Source: Lepidodermella squamata | Lineage: Eukaryota > Animalia > Gastrotricha | Direction of reading: 5' to 3' | DNA: 64,000 nucleotides | Assembly (NCBI GenBank): GCA_047495785.1 | Contig: JBLDXI010000020.1 | Span: 62,001-126,000 of the forward strand | Shown here: piece after piece, positions 1 to 13,700 of the stretch | Layout: the number at the start of each line of letters is the position of its first letter | Position numbering within the stretch: position 1 is the first letter of the stretch | The notes under the pieces: model-generated | What the model was told of the DNA's origin: nothing | Database searches by the model: none | Seen by the model: the letters and a program-made list of their open reading frames with translations, nothing else | Translations under genes and position numbers: made by a program

Positions 1-399
1 TTAACGCTGGAGCGAGGGAATGTGTCGGCCTGGAATAAGTAATCAATTTTATCGATATAAAGCCGCAGCTAGAGGGCGCGGCGCAGTTTGCCACTTAATT
101 TTCTTTTAACCTCATACCGACCAAAAGAGTGATCGGTTGGAATCTTGAAATTGTTGTAAATATAATTCTTCGGAAAAATAAAGTTTGTGATACACGTTCG
201 TCGATAAATGTTGCGTCTTTCCTTGATGGCGTTCGTAAAGAAAAGCAGACTAGGCAGATTTAGTTTATTGTCAATTGGTTTTAATTGCACAGCAAATCCA
301 CTCAAGTTTCTCTTATCCGATCAGATGAGTTTTCAAGAGAAGCTAGAATTCGGAGTCACCGAATTCAACTTCGATTCTTATTCTGAAAGCGCAAAATTA

Positions 400-1420
400 T
401 GTAATCGGTGGAGATTGTAATATTAACCATATGCATTCTGTGAACAAGAGTAATTTCGTAGACTTGATTTGTGCTCATGGACTGGATTTGTCATTTACAT
501 ACGTAGGCAGACTATTACGCGCCCGAAATCGCAAACGATGCTTGACTGTTCTTGTATCTCCTATTCGCCGGAGAAGGTCGTTCTAACTGGAGCCACCGAG
601 GGTATTAGCGATCACAGAGGAATCGCTTTAGTAGCAACGGTCGAAAAATCTAGGACCAATTCAGCTTCAACTACCTTGGGGAAAGATTTCAACAAAATTA
701 ACAAGGATTATAGAGCCTCTAAGAAAACGCCATTTCCATAACAAAATAACGCTGAGGAGTTAATAGCCAATTTGAATAGCGCCATTCTGGAGGCGATATA
801 TCGGAAACAGCGCCAGAACGAAAAAGCAGTGTTCGGAAAAACACTGAATCTCATGAAACAAATGAACGCGATATCGATAAATTATTATCATTTCGTAAAA
901 ACTGCACGCAGATCAGCGCCATCGACGGAAAGCAAGACGAGCCAGGTATTGGCGTCAAGTGGCCGATTTTCATTATCTCCTGTTTTCCTACTTTCGAACA
1001 ATGCCTTTCAGTTCTAATAAAAAAATATCTATGTAACATTCTGTTAATCTCGCCCCCATCTCAATTCGGCTTTAGGAAGTATCACTCAACCGAGACTGGC
1101 CTTGCGAAAATGACCCACGATTGACGTTGTGCAATAGACAAGGGCTTCATGACAGCTGTGGTTAGCATCGACATGAGTAAAGCCTTCGATACTCTGAGCA
1201 CATACCGTATTTCGTGTCCTCTTTGCATAGCGCAGGTTTTGGAAAATTATCCCAGACCGCCACCTTGGACTTCGGAGTACCTCAAGGTTCCGTTTCAGGG
1301 TCTTTCTTATTTACGATTTATGTCAATGAATTATCTCTGACTTCACTAAAGTCCACTGTTATTATACAATATATATGCCGACACCAATACGACGACACCA
1401 AAATGTAATTTTCGGCAGAA
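400..1420 (+). mobile_element. Degenerate non-LTR retrotransposon (CR1/L2/Jockey-like) ORF2 remnant
   Basis: Frameshifted RT motifs: GFRKYHSTET (~1068-1097), IDMSKAFDTL (ORF 1149), GVPQGSVSGSFLFTIYVNEL (ORF 1214). APE-endonuclease-like ending 'MLDC...ISDH' in ORF 469-741. Many stops; boundaries approximate. Confidence 0.75.
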
Positions 1421-1669
1421 AAGAGTCGGACATGGTTGTGGATAGCTCAAGTCCGGCGGCCAGATTCCAGAGGCCCGAGCCCGGCGCTGAAAAATAGCGC
1501 TGGTTACCATTGGCTTGGGAAGTGTTCATTCAACACTATGCAGTATGCATGAACTGCTGATCAACAGTCGCCATGACAAAGTCCGGTCTATGATCGCCAC
1601 AGCGCTACGCAAAAACGGCGTTTTAAATGTTTTAAATTAGATGTTATGGCAACTCGCCTCCTGAAGTAC

Positions 1670-2561
1670 GCTTTGAGCTATATGGTCAGCCCCTGCCTCA
1701 GGTCAACCGCGCACGCTACCTCGGGATCTACCTCACACCCCAGCTAAGTTGGAATTACCATCTTGAAATAATTGCCTCAAAACTGAAGCCTCGCCTTGGC
1801 GCCCTCTACGCCCTGGCCAAGCGGCACGTTTTGCTTAAACACCTTTGTGTGCTCTTTTATAAAACCATTGTGTTTGAGGTTGTAAGTTGAAAAAAATCCG
1901 CACGCTGATTGGTCAGTTGGCTCGTATCCATGACTCCGCCTTGCTACTTGATCGTGCGATCTATATAATTTGTGGCTTTTATTATTTTTATGAAGGCCGT
2001 ATCGTAGCACGCGTTTCCAACAAATGCGTAAAACCATTCATAAAAAGATATTTTTTGCAAACATTTTATGGATCGCACGATCAAGTAGCAAGGCGGAGTC
2101 ATGGATACGAGCCAACTGACCAATCAGCGTGCGGATTTTTTCAACTTACAACCTCAAACACAATGACAGTCCTGGAGTCCTTGGTTGCCTATGGAGCCCC
2201 TGCCCTTCGCTGCCTTGCGCCCTCCTCGGTTGGAAAACTGTTGGAAATTCAAGCCCACTGCCTTCGAGCCTTGTTCGATCTGCCCTTCGAAACGGTTATA
2301 GTTGACGTAATCGCTTACGCCAGAGTCGACTCCATTGAGGATGTCTTCCTTGATGCCTTCAAACGCTATGGCGAACGCTGCTTAGCAGCAGGTATGGCGG
2401 ACTACATCAACTACGTCTGTGGTATTCGCCCAACGTCAGAAGACGCTCGCAAAGTTCTTGCCGACAAGTGCCCAGCTTGGCATTTACGCGAAGTTCCAAA
2501 ACCTAGCCAGCAGAGCCTCTCACACGACCCACGGGACTGGCTACAAGTCGTTTGCCAGTAA
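1670..2561 (+). mobile_element. 3' part of a second LINE ORF2, interrupted by a MITE
   Basis: Reads ...RARYLGIYLTPQLSWNYHLEIIASKL...LFYK|TVLESLVAYGAP...LLEIQ, typical post-RT LINE motifs (YLG..L.W..H; LY...L.Y). Confidence 0.7.
1866..2165. mobile_element. 300-bp MITE with ~95-bp TIRs and 2-bp TSD (AC)
   Basis: CATTGTGTTTGAGGTTGTAAG... at 1866 and its reverse complement ending at 2165. Removing the element plus one AC restores the host LINE frame (tat aaa aca gtc ctg gag = YKTVLE). Confidence 0.9.
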
Positions 2562-3550
2562 CCAGCACTCTTTTTAGAGAAACGGCGTATCTTTTCTACC
2601 GTTAATTTTCTACCGCCTTTTTACATTGTTGATTGCATCATAAATTTTTATGTCTATGATAACTTCATGTTTGGAGCTCGATTTCACTAGGCTCGAGTTA
2701 GTGAATGGGATTGTAAAGTCAGTTTTGGACTCAATGGGTAGATTTGGGAACGAGAGGTTAGAATTAGAGCACGACTTCGTGTACTTTGGGCTTGGGGATG
2801 GAAGGTTAGATTTGGGGAAGCTATCAACCCTTTACCTATTGCTATACTGAGAAGCGATCGACAGGAGCCTTCTCCGTGAAACCGAATGATGTACAGACTT
2901 TTTGTCTGTGGATTCACTGGTTTAAGTTGAAAACTCTAGTCTGAAAACTCTAGTCCTAAATTATGTCTATGGAGCATACTGAAGCGTCTCGCCCATAGAC
3001 ATTGGGTAAATTATGTCTTAAAATAATGAAAATTTGCTGAATTCGCAGGTATTATTGGAAAGCGTTCGACCCGAGCTGGTATTTGCCTCGCGGGGGATTT
3101 GAAACTGGCGGAAATAACTGCTAGGGATCAAGATGCATGGCAATTAGTGTGTAATAGCATCTAAAATTAGGAATTGTTGAGTAAATAGGGTAGTTCGCGA
3201 CCACCGATCGCCTGCGCCGCCAAACGTCCACTTAACCCTCATGGGTATGGCTTTGTTCTTATAACTAATTACCATCACAACATGCCTGAAAGTAGGATGA
3301 AAAATAAAAATAATTAATTTGGTCTTTATTTGGTCATTTGATAGATAGTGTCCGGAGAAAGACCATAGTGAACAGAAATAACGAGAACCTGCGCTTTTTC
3401 GGCAATCCACGCAGTGAAATCCTTATGTGTAGTGGGGCTACCAAACACCCTGATTCTCAGAGTTCGCAATTGGTTTTTACTTAAATAAAAATATGCGCGT
3501 AAAAAAAGATTGGCGCTTATTTAGAAACTATTTTATATAGTATTGAAATT

Positions 3551-3668
3551 AAGTATAACGCCTTGGATCTGGTTTTAGACAGCAGGCGGATTTTAGGGCG
3601 CTAGGCCGAAGGCCGTTGCGCTCTAAAATCCGCCAGCTGGATGAAACTGGATCTCAGGCGTTGTACTT
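3551..3668. repeat. Imperfect palindrome centred on GGCCGAAGGCC (MITE-like hairpin)
   Basis: aagtataacgcct...ggcggattttagggcgc / gcgctctaaaatccgcc...aggcgttgtactt are reverse complements. Confidence 0.75.
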
Positions 3669-3675
3669 TTTAATA

Positions 3676-4616
3676 CGTGTCTGAAATAAAATCCGCTGAG
3701 CAGGACAGATCAATTTCAACGATTGTTTTTTTGGACGTGTCCAAGAAACGGCTCTCCCAAAATGACACCGGCTTATCTAAAAAGTGGTCACCGTCGATTG
3801 TTTCCATGTTTTCAATCACCGTGTCCAAGTGGTCCGATTAAGACACGGTTAAGCAGGCGGCATGTCGGTCTAGTGATAATGAAAAGCCCGCGCTTGGCTT
3901 TACTAGTCATCTCATTTGGCTTTTATTAATTTTGAATGCTACTAGCTATTTTTCTCACATTTTTGGCTATTTTGGCACAGCTATTTGGCACAGCTATTTT
4001 GGCATTCAGATTTCGTTAATCATCGAGCTTTGTCACGTCATTCAAAGTGACCAAGATGTGCAACTAGAGTAAGTTTGACTCTTTTCAAGCGTTCCCAGCA
4101 AAATCGATAGGCCTTATTTTGCTCAAATCAATCATTTCTTACTTTCGCAATATGATTGGCCTGATTTCAACAATTTTGAGAAATTTATCAGCCTTATTTT
4201 GCGCCGGTAAATTTTGATTTATTGATTATTATCGATTTTTTGAAATTCTGCGGCACTCATTGTAGCTGCATTGAGGGCTATGAGCTTATTTTTTTCATGG
4301 GCTGATTCTCTTACCCTATTGATTTGATTCTTGGTTTGCCAAAATTCCTCTTCGCGCGAAAATAATTGTCCAAACCCCACTTTTCATTTGTCACTATAAT
4401 CGAGCCAGCTGCTTCTTGTCGTAACATCTCGGTAAAAAACTTTTTCTCGAGATATTTTTGGCGTGTCCGACACAATGATGGATTAATTTCAGGCAGGCAG
4501 ATTTTTGAAGTCAGGAAGGCAGGACATCAAAAAATCGGCCTGCCTGAAATTAATCCATCATTGAGCAGGACGCACTGTCTGAAATTGGAGCGAAGGCGGA
4601 TTTTATTTCAGACATG
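3676..4616. mobile_element. Non-autonomous TIR element with TA flanks and an internal hairpin at ~4476-4560
   Basis: TA|CGTGTCTGAAATAAAATCCGC ... GCGGATTTTATTTCAGACATG|TA. Confidence 0.6.
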
Positions 4617-4622
4617 TATTAA

Positions 4623-5127
4623 CACTTTAAATGCCAAAAATAGACTGCGAGGTCCGATATTTGGGTCTAATTCCTGGGTCTGTCAAAAAGTCATTTTTTT
4701 CGGGTCAACGATGCGTCGAGGGGCAAAATGCCTGACGGCAAAGTGTAGGCCATGACCTGGCGGTTCTTTTGACACCGAATTTGGGGCCAAAGACTTCAAG
4801 GAACGCACAGAAATCAAACTTGAAAAACGGTGAAATTTCGATTGTTGCGCCATAATCTGGGTCTCATAATTAGGTCCAATTCTTGGGTCTGATTTTTGGC
4901 TCTAATCCAAAATTTTCGACGTTATTTCACTGTCATTTTCAATGACCTGCTCAGACCTTATGGCCCCAAATTCGGTGTCAAAAGAACCGCCAGGTCATGG
5001 CCTACACTTTGCCGTCAGGCATTTTGCCCCTCGACGCATCGTTGACCCGAAAAAAATGACTTTTTGACAGACCCAGGAATTAGACCCAAATATCGGACCT
5101 CGCAGTCTATTTTTGGCATTTAAAGTG
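4623..5127. mobile_element. piggyBac-type MITE, 167-bp TIRs that appear perfect, TTAA TSD
   Basis: TTAA|CACTTTAAATGCC... (4623-4789) and reverse complement 4961-5127 |TTAA. Confidence 0.9.
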
Positions 5128-6748
5128 TTAAACCGCAATATGGAAGAAATAGTAATTTGATTTGCAATTTGCAGAACATAGACCTGTCTGTAGGCTTCAA
5201 CTATATTCTCTTTATAGGTAATATTTACTCATCGATTGACAAACATTTCGATTGAAAAGCAACTCCGTCAGCCGTCAGCATTTCTAGATGTTGATAAAAA
5301 AAAACCTTAATTTTGGCTCAGCACTCCTTTTTCGGCCCTGCCTCGTTCAATTAAAGGAAATCGGTGGAATAAAACGACGTATCAACAGTCAACAGGCCAC
5401 GTATTTTATTGCGGCTATCATATTCTTCGGCAACTATTTTAAGGCAAACAAACAAGGAAGCGAATGCTAACTCAACATAGACAGTGGTGCGAGCGTTAAA
5501 AGCAGACATGGATGATACTAAGGTCCTCGCAGTCGCAACTGGCGATTTCATATTGAAAATGGCAGTCTCGGCAGCAACGAAGTCTAATTGGCGCAGATTT
5601 GGCTGGTTAGTCAGTAGCAAGAACGACGCAGTGAGACAACAATCATTCGAGTCGTTAATGATAATAATAACAATGTCAAAAGCAAGCGATCCCTCTCACA
5701 AGTCAAAACAATATTTAGGCGACGAGTCTTCGGAAACCTTCCAAATCAGCACAAAGATGCGCGCACCCAATACAATGCATAGCAGTACATGTAATTTGCA
5801 TTTTCTTAGAGAATTATTATCATCAACCAGCGAAATTCATGATTATCGTCACTAATCAACACCGCTGTCGTATTTGCCGTAATTAGATATTATCATTTGG
5901 TAGCAACTTCAGGTAGCAGCCCACATGTTGTGCTGAGAAGATGGTGCGCACAATTTGTGCATCGTTGACTAGGCTGACGACATGCCGGTTTCTTTAGTCT
6001 TTTTAGTTGTTTGTTTCTAGCGATAAAAGCCGGGAAACAGTCATCACAAGTCGTTATATTTTTATTTCGAATACAACGTGCCAGCATCGACGGGGAAACC
6101 TAGTGTCCAGGTCGGCGCGTGCCACGACGCAACTGACAAGAAGAATTTTAGCATCAGAGGGGAAACTGCAGCAAGAGAGAGAGGCAGGCCTTCCGCATAG
6201 TTTGTCTTCGTTTTCTCACCATAACAACAAGTAATAGCATACTGTAAATAAGAGGATTCGTAAAAATGGTAGCGTATAGAAACCAAAACAGTCAGGGAAC
6301 AAACGACGTGTTGCCGTCGTCATAGATGTGCGAAGCTGATGATGGATCTCGTCAGACATAAGAGCCACAAGTACACAAGGTAAAACAATTTGATTGATTG
6401 TTTGTCTCTAAACGATGACAGTGGTGGTAGGCGCAAATGATTTCCATGCCTACTCGAAGCGCGGACTGACGAGTATGTGAGTAAAACGCATAGTGGCTTA
6501 CTAAGTCTGCGAAGAGCAAAAAGTGTGGCAGTCGTTTGTTTCCTCTCTTGGTGCGCGCGGTAACACAAAGTAGAACTATCCATGTACGCAGCAACAATAC
6601 AGCCAGTAAATACATCCATTAATGCAGTTCATGCATAAACTTTATACAATAGTAATTAATATAGATTTATCAATTTCCAATGATTAATTTGTTTCATCGT
6701 AGAATATGACAGCGCGGTGGATTGGCTAAGATTCTCTCGTGGTGTGAT

Positions 6749-7717
6749 TTAAAAACCGGTCAGCTCGGCGAACGTTCGGTCCAGCTCGGCGCTGATCGTG
6801 CGGTATTTCTCCTTCTCGGCATCAAGCTCGGCTGAATTCGCAAAAAAACAAACATTAAGATTATTTAGATTCAAGTCAAGCCACGAGACAACAAATATGC
6901 TCATGCATTGGCTTTGTTCAGCATCGTCATGCATCCGGGATTTCAGCAAGCTGTTTTTTTTTACAAAAATATGCAATTAATCATGCTCTCTCTTGCATGC
7001 AAAAAAATCATGCTTTAGACTGGGTTGCCGGGTATTAAAAGACTCCAGGTCGCTTTTGGAGATAACGGTGATTTTTATTTACAAGCACGGGATTTCATTC
7101 CAGCAAATACACCCATGTCTCCAACGCTTTTATTTGGTTACACGGTAACACGTTTACACTAGCTTTGACGTTTGACTTGACAGAATCAAGCGTGTTGTGT
7201 ACTCCTCGAGAACATATCGTCCGTCATAGGATGATGATAGAGAAGAAACGCGGGTGATCTGCTGACAGAGGGCTCCACTGCTCAAGAGTAAAAAAATAAG
7301 GATATGCTGATGATACTCGTTTGCTCCAAGCGATTGCAGTTTAAGGAGGCTTCTAGGAGACACATTCACACGCTAAGGCGAATATTGGCAGTCCAGAAAT
7401 CGAATGGGGTTTACAAAGAATTATATGTCAACACAACCGTGGAACAAGTAACAACAATTTGATATCAGTTGGTATCGAACATATAATGTATACAGAACAA
7501 AATGCAGAACAGCACCAGATAAAGTTTTCCTAATTTTCTTGTTGATGTTTACAGCAGCAAAACCTTCTGCTAACGCTAAGGAAAAGACGGACCAGATGGG
7601 GTGGCCGTCGATTCGGGGCTCGGTCAGGAGTGGTTTACATTTGTGCGAGTTCGTTTAGAGATTGGTCAATCTCCTCCCTCAGCTGGCGAACCTCCTCAGT
7701 CTTGGCCAACAGTTCCT
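6749..7717 (-). CDS. TPM: Tropomyosin alternative terminal exons 9: 7717-7635 and 6831-6749 (83 nt coding each)
   Basis: [26 protein letters not shown] and [26 protein letters not shown] (the latter is muscle-type). Confidence 0.92.
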
Positions 7718-10700
7718 CTGTATAAGACAATGAGAAACATCAGTCAAGTGCCGCGCTCTTGGACCAAGCATTATAGCGGTCAGATCGAGGATCATCTGAA
7801 ATTGTTACGGTTTTGCGAAGCTGCGTGAGTTTATGTAAAAAATAGCGTGTGGCAGGATTAATCATCGAAATTTCTAGTCAGTATTAGAATGAAAGTGTTA
7901 AATGTTTCGGCTAACGAGAGGATAAACCGAGTGAGCGAATATGATGAGCGCAGCGGGTAATTTGACCAAAGATGAAACATTTCACATTGTAATCGAGATG
8001 ATAAAAATCGACATGTTGGGTACAAATAGGCGAGGACACGCACACAGGTAATGAAATTCAGCGAACTGCAACCCTTCATCACCGTCAACATACCCTCGGA
8101 CTTGTCAAAGTCGCGTTGAACGCGCTGCCAGGCACGAGTGGCAGCTTCAGCACGAGTTTCAACCTACCCCACCAGAGAGTCGACAAGTTCAAGATAGGAA
8201 TGTACATCACAACGACAACCATCACATTGAGACCCGCTGTCTTATCGAATTCATCTATGGCAGACCCTTCCCTGACCGATTTGGGTAGTACGGGAGAGCA
8301 GTGATTGTTAATGGCGAAGCCAAGAGGCAAGTTGGATCACGTCAAACAGAGACTCGATAGCTACGTATAACAAGAATCGATTGCTAAGAGCGCCACACGA
8401 AGCGAGATTTTGAACAGAGTGGATGGAAAATGAAGAATGGGACCGGATGTCTTCTCAATTCATAAAATTGGGCTTCTTACCCGAGCTTTTATCGAATTCT
8501 TGCTGCAGCTTCTTCCAGCTGCGTTCGGCTGTTTCGGCGCGATGCTCAGCCTTAGCACAGCAGTCAATTACAGATTCATGATTAGGTAACAGGGCCATGG
8601 TGGTAAGGGGTCTCTAACGATACTAGTTTCTTCAACTTGACATATATATGAACAATTATAATTCAGTATTTCTCTTTGGCCTGAAGGATACTCAAGTTAA
8701 TATCTCTTTCCATCAGTTACCGCGTGTACACGTAGTAGTAGTGGTAGTAGTTAGATGGTACCCAGTGCATGATTAGCCGACAAGCAATGCAAAGCCTCTG
8801 TTGTTAATTGCCTTAAGCCTAAAAAATTATTATGTCAAAGCGCAAACCTTCCGTCCGGTCGAGGAGTTTTTGCATGTGTAGTAGTTCACGCTGGGAATGT
8901 TCCGATTTAGCTTCAGCCTTCAGTTTCGAAGCGGGAGGTAGTAGAACAACAGCAAGGCATGTTATTAAGCAGGCAGGGAAGAAAAAACAAACGTTGTCAG
9001 TGGAAATTCAAACGGTTCCGCACACGGACTCAGTCAAATCGGATCAGGAAATCTAGTCCCTAGCTTAATTTCACATTCCTAACACCTCAATTCTAACAAA
9101 CACTCCCGTTTTGACTCCAGTCATTCCGTACTTAATCTGATAGTGGATGACGGCGCAAAAATCGTCAACACTGGTTATCATAATTTATTATGACACTACA
9201 GCATGCTACATGCGCATATCATGCATCAATGGCTAAAATAAGGCAATTTACGCCTACATGCGCATTCCTGGCCGTGCTTATTCATGCGCACTTGAATGCA
9301 TGCCCACTCACCTTCCAATCTATCGACTTCTTTCTGAAGCTTGTTGCAAGTTCGCTCAGCTTCAGCGGCGCGATTTTCGGCCTAATATTACATGATTTCC
9401 CGTAAAATTTAGCACCCACGTAAGACTTTGATAGACTACACGGTATCAACTAGCATAAGTCTATCCCTCTCAGTCGTTTGTCACACCCGCCAATCGTACA
9501 TGATAAGGGAAGTAAAAGTTGACTTACGTCCTTGAGACGAGCAGTGAGGTCGCGGATTTGCTCTTCATACTGATCCTCGCGAGCAGAAGCCTGTGAAATT
9601 AGAATACAGTAGTAAATACGGGGTGAAAATGTGAGATCTTCAAAATGTGTTGAGATGTGTGCTACCAGATCGCATACAACTTTCGATTAAAATCATAAGT
9701 ATTGAAGCATAAAGCATGAAAGCTCTCCATAGTTTCGGTTGCTGGATCTTCTGGGCGCCAGTCGAATATTGAATATTTTTACCTCTTGTTCGTGGAGTTC
9801 CAAAGTCTTCAAGCTGTTGCCGACAACCTTGAGCTCTTCCTCGACTTCATGGAGCTTACTGTACAATATAAAGCGGTTTAGGTCTACGAATTCAGATTCA
9901 TGGGACTGGTGGAGGCATGTGGTCTGGTTTTAGTTTCTGTATCGTGCTTTTGTTAGCAATAGATATGCGGTTAGTTTTCATTGGTCGATGAATCGTCTTC
10001 CAAGCTTTCACGAGCTCTTACCCTATCTGTTTGAATCAAGTTGCAGGTTCGAAATATTCTTACCTTCAACAAATTCGATTCGTATGCTTTCACTCGAGAT
10101 AACGCTGCCCGCATTTCGCCTTCGAGCTCGTGAATTCGGCTATAGCGGCGAGCAGTTAGATGGAAAAGAAAACACAGCAATTTGTTAGTCAATGCAAGCA
10201 ATGTAAAAATGCAATAAAATGCCTCTAGGCATGCCAATCGAAGGTGTTAACAGGGTTTTCAAAGAAGCAGCAGCAACTGCAGCGTTTTTTTTACGTAATT
10301 CTTATATTCGTAGTTTAGCCTGTTGTATGCGATCATCAGAAGGGTTAATGAAACTATGTGCGCGCGTAAAATTAGGAAGCGTCAAGCGACTATTCGATGA
10401 GATCTTAAACAGTTGTACCAACCTCAGCCTCTTTGTTTTCAAGAGTTTTCAAGTTCTGAGTCATGACACGCAGGTCCTCCTCGAGCTGCTTGACCTTGCT
10501 GTTAGCGCGACATGCGAGTAAAAAATAAAATTTAGCAATGTGTCGCAATATCCGTGGGTCAAACACGCGGTTTCAAATATTAATAAGCGAAAACACATCA
10601 AATTGCCTCAATTGGGTAGTTTTGCAGAATTTTCATATCTTCGTATTTTAATCGCTTAGCAACACAGGGGAGAGAAAGCAAATCACCATCATAGAATGAA

Positions 10701-13700
10701 AATGATATTAATCGGGAAAGATATGGGATAAAGGGGTGAATGTCGCCACTTACGTTTCGGCGGCATCAGCGCGCTCTTCGGCGCGAGCCAAATCACCCTC
10801 GCAGACGACTAGACGGCGAGAAAGCTACGCACGCAATGAATTCGCAAATCAATTCAAATTGAGAAATGAGCAGTGGAAATGGAACGCACGATCGTTGCTG
10901 CCGCTTTTACGCAAGTTCGCATTATTTTCGCAAAAATTGATAAAATAAATTATAACAAAAAAACGATAATGAATAACGCTGGGGGCTTATAAATTTAACC
11001 ATGCAAAACACAAAATCATAACTGCATGCTTTGATTTTAAACAATAAACAATAATTGACGATAGGACACAACTAACCGATCCAATTCTCCATTCCTTTCT
11101 TCAGTTCGTTCGAGTTCGCCTTCCAAGACAACAACTTTACGTTGAGCCTATCATCCATGCAGCGTCGTAAAATAAAAACGGGATGTGAGAAAACCTCCAT
11201 GCGAAGTAAAAACAATAAAATATTCGCTTTGTAGCAGCCTAGCAAGCGGTTAGCGCGCCCAATCATCATTCGTCACACCCATCACAGCAACAGACCACAT
11301 ACGACGTGCTCAATGGGACTTGGGTCGAAATGGTGAACTGAAACTTACGCTTCAGCAGCCGCGAGACGGCCCTCCGATCGTTCAAGATCACCCTCGGTAA
11401 CTTGGAGCTTGCGGACAGTCTAACAGCATCGGTAACAGAAAAGTTTAGAAATTTCTCGGAAACTGGGCATGCCACTGCAAATCCACTCGTCGTATGGTTC
11501 AATCGCTCATTTTCGTCATATGACAATTATCAAAAGAAGAGTTCAGAACACGCTGGTATAGTGGTGCTACGGTTTGGTTTAAAGAAATCCAAATCAAGTA
11601 TGACCCTTTTTCGTGCAATATGTCTATCTTTCGATTTCTTTGGGCTAGTCATCACTCATCACAACTCAATCAGAATGTTCAAACATAACAAGCAAGCCCG
11701 TTCCCATGTTAGCGGCGGCAGGACTGAAGTCTGCGTAAAATTTTGTTAAAAAGATGCTGTTTAATATCATGCATTTCATCTACGTGCCACAAGCTGTTGG
11801 TAGTAAAGTCTACATTCCGATCAATCAATAACCCTTCAAGCCTTCGAACCTCGTCGTATTTGCGATCGGCGTCTTCGGCCATGAACTTGGCGGTCTTCAG
11901 CTGTTCCTCAAGCTGATCGATACGTTCATCATCGGCAAGATGACGGCTCTCAAGAACCTTGCGACCACTGTATCGTTCGTAATTCAAATAGAAATTATTT
12001 CAATGATAGATCCACAAGCAATCATCTCATCCAACACACTCATCACATCATCATTAAATTCCGCGCACCTAACGCTTTCACTTATGGGGCCTTCGGAGAC
12101 GCATCGCGAAGCGGCAACGAGACAGCGCGGACCACAGAGACAACAATTATACTTACCTCGTCGTACTTCTTCTCGGCTTCGTTGGCCAGCTTGGTAGCTT
12201 CCTTTACCTGATCTTCCAGGTGGTAGATGCGGTCGTCATCGTTGATACCCTTGGTCTCAAGAACCTTGCGAGCGCTATTTAAACACGTGAATAGTTGAGT
12301 CACGGAAACAAGCGACAAGGTCCCGTCGCAAGCTACAAGTTGCCCATTAGCAAGCCGAATGATAAGCTTTGGCAATATTTAAATAAGCTTAACCTCTTCC
12401 ATCGCTGAGAGTCTATCATCTGATGAGTTTCTCAAAACTTTGAGAGTATCATTCAGTTCCTCAACGCGTTTATCTGACAAATTGAATCGCTGCTCCAACG
12501 CTCGTCGAGCTCTAAATATCACGAAAGGATGAACTAGTGATACCCTTAATAAATCTAGTTATGCCCGACCCAGACGAACTATCAACTAAAGCGAATCCCA
12601 GATGATGCCACTTGAAATACTTTCATTAATACATGCAGTAGTAGACTTGGTACACGCGCGCTATTACCGTTCGCTCTCATCGGCAGATTTCGAGGCTTCC
12701 TCCAACTTGGTCGAGGCCTCGGTGAGACGGCGCTCGGTCTGTTCGAGTTCGTCTTCCAGCAATCGCACGCGACGGTTGAGGGCGGCGACTTCTGACTCGG
12801 CCTGAAAGGAAAATGAAAAAGAACTTGTCACAAAAGTTGGTAATTGATGTCAAAAGCAACACGGGTGGAAATAGCAGGTATATTTATGTATTTTGTCCTC
12901 ATCATTTTTTAGCTCCGATTTATTTCACCTCATCATTGTTAATTGGATAACGGTGAGAAAAGGAACGAAAGCTCGCGCCTCAACCTTCATTAACATAATT
13001 TCTGTTAAGAGCGCCTAATCAGCCTTGTAGCAGGATACAGCATGTACATGACACTTCGCGTTCTTCCCGCAGCAACAAAACAAAATAATAATATGTTGTT
13101 TAGCTGTTCCATAAATGGCCGGTTTGAAAGCACGCAGCTGAGATGCTTTGAGTTTCGTACCTCAAGGCAAACGATATGTTTGCAGCAGGTAATAATATTA
13201 TTAGGATGAAAACTATGAAGTGGATTGGCTACCAGCTGCAGTACCAGCTTGCGTCGCGCTACGGTCCCGCGCGTACATTCATTACGACAAAAAGCACGCG
13301 TCATAGGAATATTTCAAGGCGCACATACATATACATGATATCTATCATATTCTAACAGTGGTCCGGCGCGCGCCAAAATAGTGTCAAAAGGAGATCCCGA
13401 AAGAACGCAGGTAGACAAAAACCAGCGCTGCTTGTCGCTAGCAGAACAATGATGCAGAAGAGCCGGCTAGAAGTTACAGGGGCAGGTAAACGTACAGCTC
13501 CACTGAGATAAAATTGACCGCTACGCCAAACTAGTTTCCAGTAAGGTCTATACAAATACGCCGTTTCTTTCGGCGGTATGACGACCAGTATGTAAGCAGT
13601 CTAGTTTTCTTCGGCAAAAGAGCCGTACGCTTGTCGCATAAAAAAGAGCCAGAGGACCGCAGCTCAAAGAAGAAAGAAATTAGGCTAGCAGCGCGTCAAG

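Noticed and set aside
1887-2561. 224-aa ORF as a host gene
   Set aside because: Chimera of a MITE (its repeated peptide comes from the TIRs) and a LINE tail.
8085-8400. Additional tropomyosin terminal exon ([17 protein letters not shown])
   Set aside because: An acceptor is plausible but there is no tropomyosin similarity or canonical length; needs RNA-seq.
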